From Oikopleura dioica (taxonomy: Eukaryota; Animalia; Chordata): a stretch of DNA of 64,000 nt. Every line of letters begins with the position of its first letter. The stretch's first letter is position 1. The stretch covers positions 4,464,001 through 4,528,000 of the forward strand of contig OU015567.1 of assembly GCA_907165135.1 (NCBI GenBank), written 5' to 3'. Below, in pieces: positions 1 to 13,000 of the stretch. Both the position numbers and the translations under genes were made by a program. The notes beneath the pieces were generated by a model. That model searched no databases. It was not told the DNA's origin and saw only the letters and a program-made list of their open reading frames with translations.

Positions 1-265
1 AAGCAAAACTTCAAAAAGAGCTCAGGGCTCCCGCCCCAGGGCCCTTTATACGTCAAGAATCTGGACATAAGTTTCTGCTGAAGTCACACTGCCTCATCTC
101 TGTGCTGGGCAACCTGAGTCAGGATTTACTGAGCCCAGCCAAACTGAATCAAATATGCATGCGGAAAGAAGGGCAAACGAAAAAAAATGATTTCTGAATT
201 TTCGAAAGTTTATTCGAGGCATTTAGTAGTAGAAACATCTGACGGAAAAATACGCTTCTTATATA

Positions 266-675
266 CAGTTAATTATGGAATTTTTGGACATTTTTTGTCC
301 CATGATTTTCTCAAAAATGTCCAAAAATTCGATACACGCTCCCAAGAAAAATGTCCCAGCCGAATCGCTTAAAAAATTTTTTTTTGAGGAAAAACTCGAT
401 CATCCTCTTTTTCCTCCTTCTTCCAAAGACAAAAATATTCTTGGGGAACGAGATAGACCTTTAATTCTATCTTTCTGAAAGAGAAAGTAAAATTTTAAAT
501 AAAAATAAATGTCAAATCTTATGATATAACTGTTTTTTCATTGTAGAATAAAAATTTTGGCGCAGAAAATGTCCAAAAATTTGATACAAGCACTTTTAAA
601 AAGTGTCCCAAAAAAACCCCTTAAAATTGAAAAAATGTCCAAAAATTTGATGTCCAAAAATTCCATAATAAACTG
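266..675. mobile_element. Tc1/mariner-type MITE (~410 bp)
   Basis: TIRs CAGTTAATTATGGAATTTTTGGACA (266-290) / TGTCCAAAAATTCCATAATAAACTG (651-675), 1 mismatch. Flanked by TA on both sides (264-265, 676-677). Internal repeated ATGTCCAAAAA motifs, no ORF. Confidence 0.75.
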
Positions 676-1247
676 TATATTTTTTTGGAGAACAGAGGAT
701 GAGAAGAATAGAGGAGGAAAAATATCTTTGAGATTTGTTTTATCTTGTTTTTTTTTTGGTTGAGAGAGAGCAAGAAGAGATTTAGAACAATGAACGGGTA
801 GGATGAGTGTTGTATTTACTTGAGTCGGTGTTAGTTATAATTGGTTACGAACAAAGTGGGATGAACAAAAATTTGCTGGGTTGAAAATGAAAATGGTATT
901 GGTTGGGGCTCAAAAGAGCGCGGAATTGAGCTTTCAAAGCAGCAGCAGAATCATCATTTGCTGCGACTGTTGCGCTTTTTTTAACTTAGCGTTGGATTTA
1001 GTATGTAAGTGATCCTGAGATTGGCTATTATCAAAATTAAAGAGAAAGAGAGAGAGGCAGACACGTTTTCATATCTGATGTGTATGTATTTTCAAGAAGA
1101 GTTACTATTATACAAGAGTGAATTTAAAAATAACTTTTTGCTTGGACGATCAAAGCACAAAATTGGGGAACACCTTTTATTTTGAGTTGAGCTTCAAAAG
1201 GAGCAAAATATCTCGAGGGAGCTACCTATCGGGTAGTTTTACTTGCT

Positions 1248-1401
1248 GGGTTGGGTACATTCTTTGTTGGGTTTATTGGGCTCTGTGGAGATTTTTAGTG
1301 GGGTTTGATGACTTTTGATTGGCTCGAAGAAGAAATAATCGCCTCTTATTGGGTGAAAATCCCACAGAGCCCTAAACCCTACAAAAATATGTACCCAACT
1401 C
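1248..1401. repeat. Short imperfect inverted-repeat (MITE-like) element
   Basis: GGGTTGGGTACATTCTTTGTTGGGTTTATTGGGCTCTGTGGAGATTTT is the approximate reverse complement of AAAATCCCACAGAGCCCTAAACCCTACAAAAATATGTACCCAACTC. No clear TSD. Confidence 0.45.
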
Positions 1402-2065
1402 AGGTAGAATTGTGAAAAGTATATTTGATTTTTTGTTTAAGGAACACATGGAGTTTTTTCATTTTTTTTGGGTTCCAGCGTGGGCCCGTCCTAGACGCCA
1501 AACTTTATGATTTTAGCCCCTTGTACCAGCGACCGAGGGCGTGAAAAAATCCAAGACGCCCTCGGGCGAGTAGAAGACTTCTATCAATTTAAGCCTGTCG
1601 TGAGACTGATCTTCAGCGGAAATTTCTGAAGGGGGTACAGCCTTCTTTCAGGACGGCGCTGGAATTTTTCAAGTCGAAGATTTTTGCAATAGAAGAAAAA
1701 AAACTTGGCTTCCAGAAATAAAAAAGCCGTGGAAAAAGTAGAAAAAACGGTATAAAAACTTGCGAGGGGGAGAAAAAAGAGGAGTAGTACAAATAGATAA
1801 CAAAAAATAACGGCTTCCCGCTAATCTAAGGCGAAATCGCTTTCCTCTTAGATGAAGCGAAGGGGGTAGGTTTTTAGGTACAGCTTGTGACTTGGATTTG
1901 GATTTTTGTCTTCTTTGAAAGGGGGTGAAACTTGATGGAACGAACCAAAAGAGGGGGATGATCCAGTCAGAAGAGAACGGGATGCTACTCAGCAACGAAC
2001 GATTTCCGCGAAGGTCTGAAAAAAGGGGTTGAAAAGCAATCCTCATATTTCGCTTTCAAAAAGCT

Positions 2066-3512
2066 TTAGAACTGGATTCTTTGACTCACCATTTGTCCGA
2101 AAGGAATCGGCTCGAGTTGACCATGATTCAAGAGTTTCTTGACGCTGGAGAAGATGTCTGCTTCGGTTTCGTCTTCCTCCCCGCGCTGGATGAGTCTCGA
2201 AATGAGCTTGAGCTCCATCTTGGCGTAGGGCTTCAGAAGACTTTGCGCCTGCTGGATGGTCTGTGTGTCGGTCGAGTAGCCGTGCAGCGCGAGTAAGCGA
2301 CGAAGACGGAACATTCCACGGCCGCCAAATGTGACCATCAAGCATCCGAGGGCGACTTCCATGTTTGGCAACTTTGCGAGTTTCCAGCTGAAATAAGGGG
2401 TTAACTTTTTGTAGCAAGGAGTTTATTGTTGCGAAGAGAGGACGCCCTTTGGCCATAAAATCATGAAGAAGAATTTTAGCCCTTCAAAAATCGAGAACTT
2501 ACTCTTCAAGGCGTGACACTAAAAATTCCGCGATCGTGATTCGTTTTTGTTGACTAGGGAAATCAGGTCCATTTCCGACAATATCCATGAAGGCGTACAA
2601 GAAATCAATCGAAGTCGACTGGTTGATTTGCCAGTCCAGTTTTGAACAGACGAGCAGTTCCATTCGGAGAAGATCTTTGCGCGAAAAGGTAAATCCGGCT
2701 GCCTGAAAAAATGTGATGAAAGATGAGAGGAAGGAGAGGATAACCAAATATGTTTTTATATATTTTTATACCGTTATTTTACCGTGCAGAGGGAGCGAGC
2801 GAATGATTCTCTGGCTTCATCTTCTGTGTATTTAGCAGTTAGACTGAGGCAAGCGGCGGCGAGGACCCGAACCAGTCGGGTCCGAACTTTTAGAACGTTG
2901 AGGACTCGGTCGAAGACGCCGAAGCAGAGCGCTACCGTGTCTGGAGACATTTTAAGCGACTCCCTAGAAGAGTAATTTAGATATTTATCTTGAAATTATC
3001 CGGAATTTCGCGCGTTGAAATCAAGGAAGAGAACTTACGCGACATCGGAAATCCATCTGCAGGCGGTCTCGCGATCTTCGACCGAGACAAAGTCGGCGTC
3101 GGAGCTCTCGCTGGCGGCTTTAACATTTGATTCGGCGGCCTTCCAGTCCTCTCGCTGCTTGGCGACGATCGCCTTGAGGTTGAGCGCCAGACGCCGGAGC
3201 GGAACGGAATCTTTGTTTGAGCGGGCCTGAAAGCGAAACATAAAAAATGGAAAAAATTTCAAGACCAAAACATTTCGAAGAAAATTGGTTCAAGAAGGAT
3301 AAAGGTCGGATTAGCAAAAATTGCTCATCAAAAAGGGAGGTTATCGGGTTCATTCTCTTCGCCCCAGAGCCGGAGGCAAATACCTGTCATAAAAATATTA
3401 GGCAAAACTTAATTTACGGGCTTTAGAAAGAATGACCTTCAGTGCGTCTTTTCGTTGAATATATTTTTCAAAATTTTACCTTTTCAAAAGTTAAAAAGTG
3501 TCCCGAACGCAT
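2066..3512 (-). CDS. CCNI: Cyclin I-like protein (multi-exon; 5' end uncertain)
   Basis: Spliced exons give RRLALNLKAIVAKQREDWKA...RETACRWISDVA, MSPDTVALCFGVFDRVLNVLKVRTRLVRVLAAACLSLTAKYTEDE and FSRKDLLRMELLVCSKLDWQINQSTSIDFLYAFMDI, a cyclin box closest to cyclin I/G. Last exon ends QRIQF* at 2066. ATG at 3512 is tentative. Confidence 0.72.
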
Positions 3513-4721
3513 AAAAATCTCTTTGTATCTTTCTGATTCTCTTTCGAAGTCGAATTAAAAAAATGGAAACGCTTATTTCTACCGGTAGCCGATCGAAGGT
3601 AGGGTAATCGATATGTTTTCTGATGAGGTGGCGTCTCTATTCGGTATTGTCGGCAAGGAGGCGATGATTCACAGAATCACCTCGTTGCGCATCAGAGCAT
3701 CGAAAACCATCCAAAAATGGTGAAAGCTTTCGTAAATTTATTACGAAAAACTCACTCAATATAAATCTATTGATGAGCCTTTCCCTTTTTTTTCTGAAAG
3801 GAGAGTTGACTCTATTTCCGGTTCATAATATTGGCCTTATTTCCCTCAAAAGTGACCCTAACTGTAGGTTTAAATTTTTATCCAGGACGTCATCAAGACG
3901 ACACGAGTCTAGAATTTTCCACTATTCCGTCACTGGAAATGACAAAAGAGGGGATAGGCATTGACGCAAAGACTATTGAAAAATCGCTCCATTGTAAATA
4001 GCAACGCAAGAAACAAGGTGTGACGGGGTCAGAGTTTGCTCTTTCATATTTGCTCGTTCGGATTTGTCACATGATTTTATGGCCGAACAAGAATTACCTG
4101 TATTTATAGAATTAAGGAGAATCAATATTGAAAAATTGGCAATATTTTTCGAAATGAGGCCTTGTTAGGGAATTCCAGCCAGTCGGAAAAGAGTATTTTT
4201 ATTGACAACCAATCAGAATAAATCGAAAAGAGGGAACTTTAAAAAGTTCAAATCTGATTGATTTTGAATAAAAATTGCGTTCGGAAACTGTTTAATAGAG
4301 TTCAAAAGGTCAATAAAAAAATCGCATAATTGCGCCGTATAGAAACGTCTGGAAAAGAGCTTCTAAGGGTCATTAAAACAACACGGAGTGCAGCTTAGGG
4401 AGATTGAGAGCCTTGCGCAAGATTACCCGGGCTTACAGTAGAAACTACTCAATTACACCGGTCTAAATTGCCCCGAATTAGGTCAGACGCTGAAAAGTCA
4501 GATCGGAAACCAAAAAGGGTTCAAAGCAGGGGCAAAGGTCAACTAAGCGCGCTGGCAATCGTTAAAGCAAACCACTCAGAGGATTGTGGATTCGGGATTG
4601 ATGACTTTGTTTTCAGAATATTAATCATTTCACCGGGACAGGTAATTTCGAGGAAATCTGACCGCTATTAAAAGCGATAAATCACCAGGAAAAATGCTGA
4701 ATTCCGACTGTGACGGAAGAA

Positions 4722-4849
4722 TTATTACTAAAAATCGAGAAGCCGCTTGCGGCTTCGAGTAAAGAAAAAATACAAAAAAGCCTCGTTTCGCGCGGCTTCA
4801 TTTTTTCATTCTTCGAAGCCACAAGCTGCTTCTCGACTTTTAGTAATAA
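4722..4849. mobile_element. Palindromic MITE of the AAGCCGC-n-GCGGCTT family
   Basis: TTATTACTAAAAATCGAGAAGCCGCTTGCGGCTTCGA ... TCGAAGCCACAAGCTGCTTCTCGACTTTTAGTAATAA inverted arms. Confidence 0.6.
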
Positions 4850-5443
4850 CTCTTTAGTTACAGTCGGGAAAATCTTCAAAAAAACACGCTTCTTTATTTA
4901 TCTCTTCTCGAGACATTAAAATATCCTTCTCTCTGTCTCATTTCTTTTCTTCATCTTTTCACCTCTCTTTGATCAAAATTACTGTTACTTACAGTGTAAG
5001 ATTGTCGATCGGATGTTCCGGTCGTCGAAAAGGAAAAAGTTCGTTTCATTCAAAGTGCTGCTCTGGCGGGTGTGGCCACGTTAGAGCTTGAAAACAGGCT
5101 CTGGCCCGAGAGGAGATGAAGAGAGAAAAAGCGCGTGGGTGGCACAATACGAGCACGGTCTATTCCGACCGTCTCCTTTCTTTATTCGGAAAGACCTTGC
5201 TTGTTGTCGAAAAGAATGAAAATAAGATGTTATTTTTGGCGGAACGACAAGATCCATTTTTGTCTAAAGACGAGCGCGAAGAAAAATGCGCGAAATCGAA
5301 AGCGAAAATAGGATAATCTGCCCGCGAGGAGGGCAGATTTTTCGCGAACGCGATATTCGTTTTTTTCATAACTTTCTGGACTTCCGAATTTCTTTTTACT
5401 CAAGATCTTGGCTCGGCAAACTCTGGGCCAGGGACTGAAAGAT

Positions 5444-5591
5444 CTCTTATTTAAAGCCGCGTCGCGGCTTTTTTTTAACAAAGCCGCGAAGCGGCTTCTA
5501 CGGATTCTTATAAAGGACCTGAATTAATGATCTGCGAAGCCGCTTTGCGGCTTCGTTTTTAGAAAAGCCGCTACGCGGCTTCTAATAAGAG
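5444..5591. mobile_element. Palindromic MITE of the AAGCCGC-n-GCGGCTT family
   Basis: Four AAGCCGC..GCGGCTT hairpin motifs in mirror arrangement, flanked by CTCTTATT / TAATAAGAG. A degenerate TTGGCTCGGCAAACTCTGGGCCAGGGACTGAAA end lies just upstream. Confidence 0.6.
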
Positions 5592-6820
5592 AGTTCCGAG
5601 ATTCTAAAAACGAGCATTGAAAAATTAGAAAATCTGATTTTAGCCACAAAATCTGATTTTGCTAGATTCTCTTAGAAATCCAAAATATCAAGTCTTACGC
5701 GAGAAAACCATCATATTATGACCTGGCAAACTTGACAAAACTTGTTTCCTTTTTAAAATTACCGAATTTCTGAAAACCGTGACCGCAGTTTGTTTACTCT
5801 AAAACAACGGAACAATAAACAAACCACGATTTTCAACCACAATTGAACCCTTTTAACCTATTTTTAAAACTCTAACTTACCATTGAAAAGATTCTCCTCG
5901 ACTTGTTTGAGTTCTTCTGAGGCAGAAAATGGCATGTCCAGAATTCTGCCGAGATGTTATGCGTCCATGATTTCGATTATTTTCTACTCACTCTAAAATA
6001 GTAAAATGGTAATAAGCGATAACTAAATTAGTTTCTCACAATAAAAACATCATAAAATCAAGAAGGCAATTCTAGAAGATTAACTCGTAAACAATCGTAA
6101 AAACAGAAACATCTGACCTTTTAAAAATTAAAAATAAAATATATATTTTTTAATAAATTGGATTCCTGATGATTAAATTCTATCTTCGTTTTTTCTTATC
6201 AATCTCTAATTCTCGCTTATTCTTCCCGATTTCGGCTCAAAAACTGGCCCCGACTGGATCTCGGTTTATCCGACCCCGCTCTCCTCGAAAAAAGGGAGTG
6301 AGTAGGTTGCGCGCTCAGCGAATCAACGCGCGCTTCGAAACTCCCTGCTGCGCCCATCTGAGTTATTTTCTGCGACAGTAGACGTCTGCGGCCCGAGGGC
6401 TGGTTTTTACGTAATTTTGGGGTTTTCGTGTTGCGCGAATAATTTAAATGCACGCTTTCGTCAGTCAAATTCCTCGTGTTTTTCGAACTGCCTAAATAAT
6501 TCCCTAATTTAATTTCTTCTATCCTAACTAAGGTTTCTACTCATTTCTCTGCGGCTAAACTCGAAGCCGCGTGCGGCTTTTTTTACCGTCTTTTTTGCCA
6601 GGTTTTTGTTGAAGAAAAACTTGTCGATATTATTGGACTCCCTGGGGAGCAGGAAGCTCTCTTATTGAGCGATTTCGCGCCCAGATTTTCACAAGTTTAT
6701 TTGACGAGAAAAAAAACTCGCCTTTCATTTCAAAATTTTACTACTGTTTGACTCGATCTTTCAATTTTCAAGATTTTCTTCGAAAAATTTTTGGATTTCA
6801 GAAAGCTAAAATAGACGAAA

Positions 6821-9800
6821 ATGGATGACGATCTCGAAGCGAAAATGAAAGAATTGGACGAAGTGCACAAAGTCATCAATTTCCTGAAGAACTCGTCGGA
6901 AAACAAAGAAACGCAGGAAAAAGCGATGGCGGCGGCGGACAAGATCTTGAAGAAACGAGAAGCGGCAGAGACGAAAACGGTTTTGAACAAGACGAAAATT
7001 ACGAAGCCAACAGATCCGAATGCGGGAATGATGGCGGCGATGGCGGCGGATGCGGAAAAACGAGCGATTGAGAAGAAAAAACGAGAAGAACAGGCGAATA
7101 AGCTCAAGGAAAGAGGCGTTTTGATGATTTGGTAGTTGATCTATTTGTTGCATCTCAAAACCCTCAAAAAGGAAAAAGGAAATGTCGCTCTGAAAGAAGG
7201 ATTTCCCGCCGAAGCCGAAATGCATTACACCGCCGCTTTGGAGATTTGCAAAACGACTCCTGCAATTTGGACGAATCGGGCGATCGTCCGAATCCGCCAG
7301 AAAAAGTACAGAGAAGCTATTGAAGACTGCGACTGGGCATTTCGCGCGAGCAACGACAAATGCCACAAGGCGATGATCAATATGGGCAATGCGCACATGG
7401 CCCTGGGGGAATTTGAGAAAGCAGAAGAGGCGTTCAGAAAATGTATCAAATTGGGGAAGAAGGAATTGGCCCACACCTATCTAATAAAGTTGAGCGAGAA
7501 GAAGGAGCAAATGGAGCAGAGTAAGAAATTCATTTTTATTTGAAGTTTCTTTCAAGAAATGCTTCAGAAACCGCTAGAAAACGACAACTAGAAGAACTAG
7601 ACAAGCTTCAAAAAAGTGAGTAAAAAGTCAGCTCTTAGAGATCCCAGGCTGTTCCCTTATTCTTTTATATAAATAATTCTAGCCCCACAGAACACTAGAA
7701 GATCTAGCGAAGATGGAATCGCCCACCGATCGGACTACATCATCGACCTCACTAAAGGTCTCCTCACGAAGGGCAAAGACTTGGAATCGTATCTCAATTC
7801 TTTGGAAATACTGGAACTCGCCCTAGGGCGACATAAACATCTGGTCTACGATTTCATCGAAGCAGGGGAATGGAATTCTTCAAAACGCCGGATGGAATCA
7901 TCATCGAAAACCGAGCACAAGAGCGTTGGATCACGCTGTCGCCAGCAGATATTGCCAAGAATTCTAGCGAGGAAAATGCTTGTATTTCGATCATTTGGCG
8001 TTTGTTTGGAAGTAAGACCCTTTCAATAACTCTTCTTTAACTGTCAATTACAGTCACTGTCCGATACGACTACCCAAAAGGCGAAGAAGTGATGGATGAC
8101 TCAGCCTTTCCGGACATTTTATTGGGCTCGCTGAGCGGCGGAAACGACCAAATACGAACCAGCTGTTTACAGACAATATTCTTCTTTTCCTCCATTGAAA
8201 CGCTCAGATCAAAGCTCGTAGTTGTTTTTCATCGAACGGGAAATTTGAAGAAGTTTACCGACGCGATTTTGAATGGGGATGGCAACTCAATTTCTCTGTC
8301 AATGCAGGTAAATTTATTCACAATCAATTTCGCCCTACTTTATTTAATCCAAGAAAAGATCATATTCTATGAATTAAGAATTTTTTTATTTTTCTTCTTT
8401 GAACGGTGGTTTTTACTTCTGTCTCTTGAATACGAAATTTCCACATGATTTGAGTTTTTCAGCTGATCGTAGATATTGTCCTGAAAATTCTAGGAAGAGT
8501 TTAAAATGAGAAAGATTACGTAAAGCTCTTGATTAATGTTTCCCATTGTCCATTTCGACCTCAAGAAATGCATCGTTGTTACTCTCGTGGGTTGTTTCAT
8601 CAATTCCTAAAGCGGAAGGTTAGTTTTTACCTTCATTTTTGACGGTACCTGATAGCCAGTTTCACGGATCAAAGGATTAATAAAGCGTATCGTAGCATAA
8701 ACTTCACAAAGCAAGAAGAACTTCATTCTTCAGACTGCTTTCTATGCTTATCTCTGAATACCAGATTTCTGGGTCAGATTTTATTTCATCTAAAGGCGCG
8801 TACGATTCCCAGCCATGAATGTTAAATATGGCAAGCGTATGCCACCGTCCCTTTTCAATTCATTTCATCCCTCATTTTAACCCTTCATCGCACATTCATT
8901 GCGTCACAGTATTTGACCGACTTTAGATCATCACAAACTTGACGCGAATGGGCGATTGTCGTCGACTTTTCCGCGACGATTTCAGCAACACCATTCAACC
9001 AACATTGATTAGCGTCCTAGAAAATTACGAGTCGATGGAGTCGGAGACGGTGGCAAAAGTGGTCTCAGCAATAACGAATATGCTCAAGGATGATTTTATT
9101 CGAAGATGTGTTGTTTCAGGTAGTGGGAATGATTTTATCAATAGTTGATCTTGCTTTTAGCCGACATTATTTGGACATCAGTTTGTCGCGTCCTGGCTGA
9201 GGCTCCAGCCAAAACCAAGGATGATATGGACATGCTGGCAAATCTGCTCGGCTTCCTCCACAATATGTCCTTTGACAAATCTAAAGTCGTGATAGAAAAC
9301 GCCCCAAAAGTCGCTAAATCCATAGAGCGATGCATGATCATCAAGTCGAAAGATGACAATGTACTGCTCCGCTGTATCGGTCTCTTCAACAATATCTGCA
9401 CAAAGAACGCCAAATGCTGTTCAATCATAATCAACTACACTGAAAAGCTAGTCGCTTGCTTGAGCCACAAACGAAGCGAAATCAGTCAACTCGCCGGCCG
9501 CTGTCTAGCTTGTATGGCGGAGAAAAGTGACGATTGCTGCTTACGAATTGTGAAGGCAGATGTCGGACTCAAAAAGGTCAGCAAATTCTTAGAATCTGAA
9601 AACGACGCTGAGCGGGGAAATGCATCGCTTCTCGTTTCCAAATGCGCACCTTGTATTCAACCAGGTACTTGTTTGTCGTCATCTTTAAAGTTCAGCTCGT
9701 TTTTCAGATCCAATTCATTTGATCGAACCGCTTCTGAAAATCGTCAATACTTCCTCATCTGATCATGTTCGAAAAAACGCCGCAATTGCCGTCGGAAAGC

Positions 9801-9892
9801 TTTCACGCGACTCTCCAGAAGGCCGAAAAGAGCTTCACAGATGCCACGGGCTTGAAATCCTCACTGCCCGCCTGAAGAATGTCAAACTCTAG
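6821..9892 (+). CDS. TTC12: Tetratricopeptide repeat protein 12 (TPR + armadillo-like repeats), ~8 exons
   Basis: N-term MDDDLEAKMKELDEVHKVINFLK..QEKAMAAADKIL. Three TPRs (KGNVALKEG..YTAAL / AIWTNRAIVRIRQKKYREAIEDCDWA / KAMINMGNAHMALGEFEKAEEAFRKC), ARM-like exons, C-term CHGLEILTARLKNVKL* (TAG 9890-9892). One apparent 1-nt deletion in the G-run at 7865-7868. Confidence 0.8.
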
Positions 9893-10032
9893 TGCCCCTT
9901 TTTCGTCACATATTTTTCACTATCATTTTTCCTGCCACCTTTTCTATATTTTTCTACAACTAAAATACCTATTTTTATCAAAGAGAATCATGAAAACTCT
10001 TCCTTTAGACCTATCAAAGAAAGAAAACAAAG

Positions 10033-13000
10033 ATGGACTGGGATATTCCAGAGCCAGAGCGTCAAAAATACACCGCCATCTTCCTACAGCTTTCGGACAA
10101 CGATCAAAATGCCAAATTATCAGGTGCTCTTGTCCGCCCCGTTTTGATGAAATCAAATTTGGACATTGCCAAACTGGGAAAAATCTGGGGTCTTGCCGAT
10201 ATTGACAAAGATGGGAGTTTAGACAAAGATGAATTCATCGTCTCTATGTACCTAGTGTACAAATCACTAACTGACGGATCTGATCCTCCTGAAGCTCTTC
10301 CGGCGAAGATCATCCCTCCTTCAAAGCGACCCAAATCCGCTGCCCCGCCGACTAGACCACCTCCGCCAGCAGCGAATTACAGCGCTTTATCAGGCCTTAC
10401 CTTGGACGATCCATCAGGATTCTCTGCTTTCGACGCAGCACCTAAAGCTCTGGGAGCCCCTCCAGCTGCACCAGCCCCACAGGAAACCTTGATCACTCCT
10501 CCTACTCCTGCCTTTTCGGCCGACTTCAGCAATTTTGGCGCCGCCGATCCAGCTTCATCACAAGCCCCCGCGACGAATCTTCTCACAGGGTCCCAAAGAC
10601 CTGCTGTTCCCGCTGCAGAGGTGCCATACCTTGTCCCAAAAGATAAGCACGCTTCATATGGCCAGATCTACGACCAATCGCACGACCCTTCCACTGGAGT
10701 CATCAGTGCGATGGCCGCAAAGGACGTATTTATTCAATCCGGCTTGCCCAATTCGACCCTGGCGCAAGTCTGGAATCTGGCGGATACGAATCAATCGGGC
10801 TCGCTAAGCCGTGATCAGTTTATTCTTGCGATGCACCTTCTCGCTGCTGCGCTTCAAGGGCATCCCCTCCCTTCTAGCGCTTCAGAAGCGATGATTCGCG
10901 CGTCAAAGGGAGATTTTTCGGACTTAGATCATGTTGGAACATCTACTCTTCCACAGACGCGATCAATTCCTCAGGTGGCGCCAGAACTTCAAGGCCTGCA
11001 GAATGAAATGAGCCAGTTGCAAGCAGAGCTGGATCTACTCGAACGACAGGTTGAAGCGCTCAAGGGAGAGAAGGATAACCAATCCTCGACGATGAGCCAG
11101 TTGCAGAACGAAATCGATCAATTCACAACCGAACTGACTCAAGCTGAAACCAGCTTGGCCGTCGCAAAGAACGAGCATAGCTCGGTCGAAGCTCAGCGAG
11201 TCAAACTCGTGCAGGAAGGAAATGAGCTGAACTCGAAGTTGGCCACGGAGCGGGGTTCTCTTGCTGAACTGGAGGCGCAGCTGAGGGAGCTGAGCATGGG
11301 GCCAAATCCGGCGGTCATTGAGCGTCAGAGATTGGAGGGCCTTCAGGTTCAACAAGTCCAGGCTGCACTTGAGCGGGATAATCAGGTTCATAAACTTTCG
11401 CGTCACCAAATTTAACAAGCGTTTTAGTTCAAATTGCTAACAGAAGTGAAAGCGGAGCGATTACGAATGGACAAGCTTCTGGCCGATCTGGAGGAAGAAA
11501 AAGCAAAACGCGACAGACCGAAATCCAAATCTCCGACTCCCCAGCTCTCGCCGATGACGCCCATTGACTCGAGTCACGTGCCTGTGTCCATGTCCGCGAC
11601 TACCCTCTCCGGAATGAGTGAGTTACGCAATGATATTTTGGATGATCCCCCCGAGCTAGGTATACCAAACAAACCGTTACGGCGTTGTTGGTATTTATTC
11701 AATATTCAAAAATCATATTCACATGTTGTATTCATACAGATTAATCTCTTGGTATCTGTCTTGGCTACAGCTCGTGCTTTTTAGGACCATGAGCTTAGAG
11801 AGCCTAACTGAGAATAATAAGAGTCCTTTTGATCTCAAAAATTCCTTTTCAGGATCAATATCACCTAACACCACTCCCGCCCTGACCCCAGTGTCTGCGG
11901 CCTTCGACAATTTAACCCCACAAGGCTCCGGTCGGGGCAAGTCCCCAACGCCCGAGTCAACGGCGACGCCCGAAAGCCACCTTTCCGCACTTGAATCCAT
12001 CAAAGCACTAAACACAGGCGGAAGCCTCCAATCAACAGGTCAAGCCAAGTCACCGTCCGCTACAAGTTCAATCAATCAAAAATGTCATTCTAACTCTCCT
12101 CCTGCTAATCAGCTTCAATCAGATCTAGCTGCACTAGGCACAGATAATTCTGCCGAAAATAATTCAGGCACCAGTTTGATTTCATCTTTTGATTCTCAAT
12201 AAAAATCTCAATAAAGCTTCAAAATTGAAATCATGGAAGACCCATTTGGAGCTTCAAATTCAGGGGCCGACCCATTTGCCGCCGCACCAATGCCCAAAGA
12301 CGATCCCTTCGCCGTATCCGCCGATAAACCGACCGATTTCGACCCCTTTGGAAGCGGAAACGACCCGTTTGCCGCTCCCCTTCCGATCCCTTCGACGGGG
12401 TAAGTATAAATATAGAGCAGAAATCATCAGAAAACGCCTTGAATGTCACGCAAATTGAAAACAAGATCAACAATATCAAAATTAACGAAATGGTAGGTTC
12501 TGATTGACTTCAATTCAATCAGCAATTCCGGTGCTAGTAGAATACCGGTGAAAAGTGCTACAGTAAGAGATAGTGAGAGTGAAACCTTCTCCTGTGTGCC
12601 ATTTTTATTGACCTGGTGTTTTTCTTTTGAAACTGTCATAATTTCAAAGCGACAAGAAAAGACTGCTTTTTATTGGTTGATTTGCAAGTTTGGGCATTTT
12701 GATTGGTTGAAATTTTCCAGTCTTACTTTGTCGCCTAGCAATTATCGACGATAAAAGCAACCTTTTTGATTGAAGAATTTCAAGTATTTCAACCCTTTTT
12801 TAGACGGCAGATCCATTCGGCAGTGGAGCCGACCCTTTCGGCGCAAATACATCGAACGATGTTGACTCTGATCCGTTCGGAGATGATCCCTTTGCTTCGA
12901 AACCGAACGGAGTAGCAAGCGACGATCCCTTTGCCACTTCTGACCGACTCGTTCAAAATTCTCAGAAGAGTTCAACGCCGCAGAATTCCAGGGAGCGGGA

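Noticed and set aside
6806-7474. Long antisense ORFs over TTC12, EPS15, NALCN and myosin exons (also e.g. 11035-11418, 57656-58117)
   Set aside because: Shadow ORFs of real coding exons on the opposite strand, with no independent protein features.
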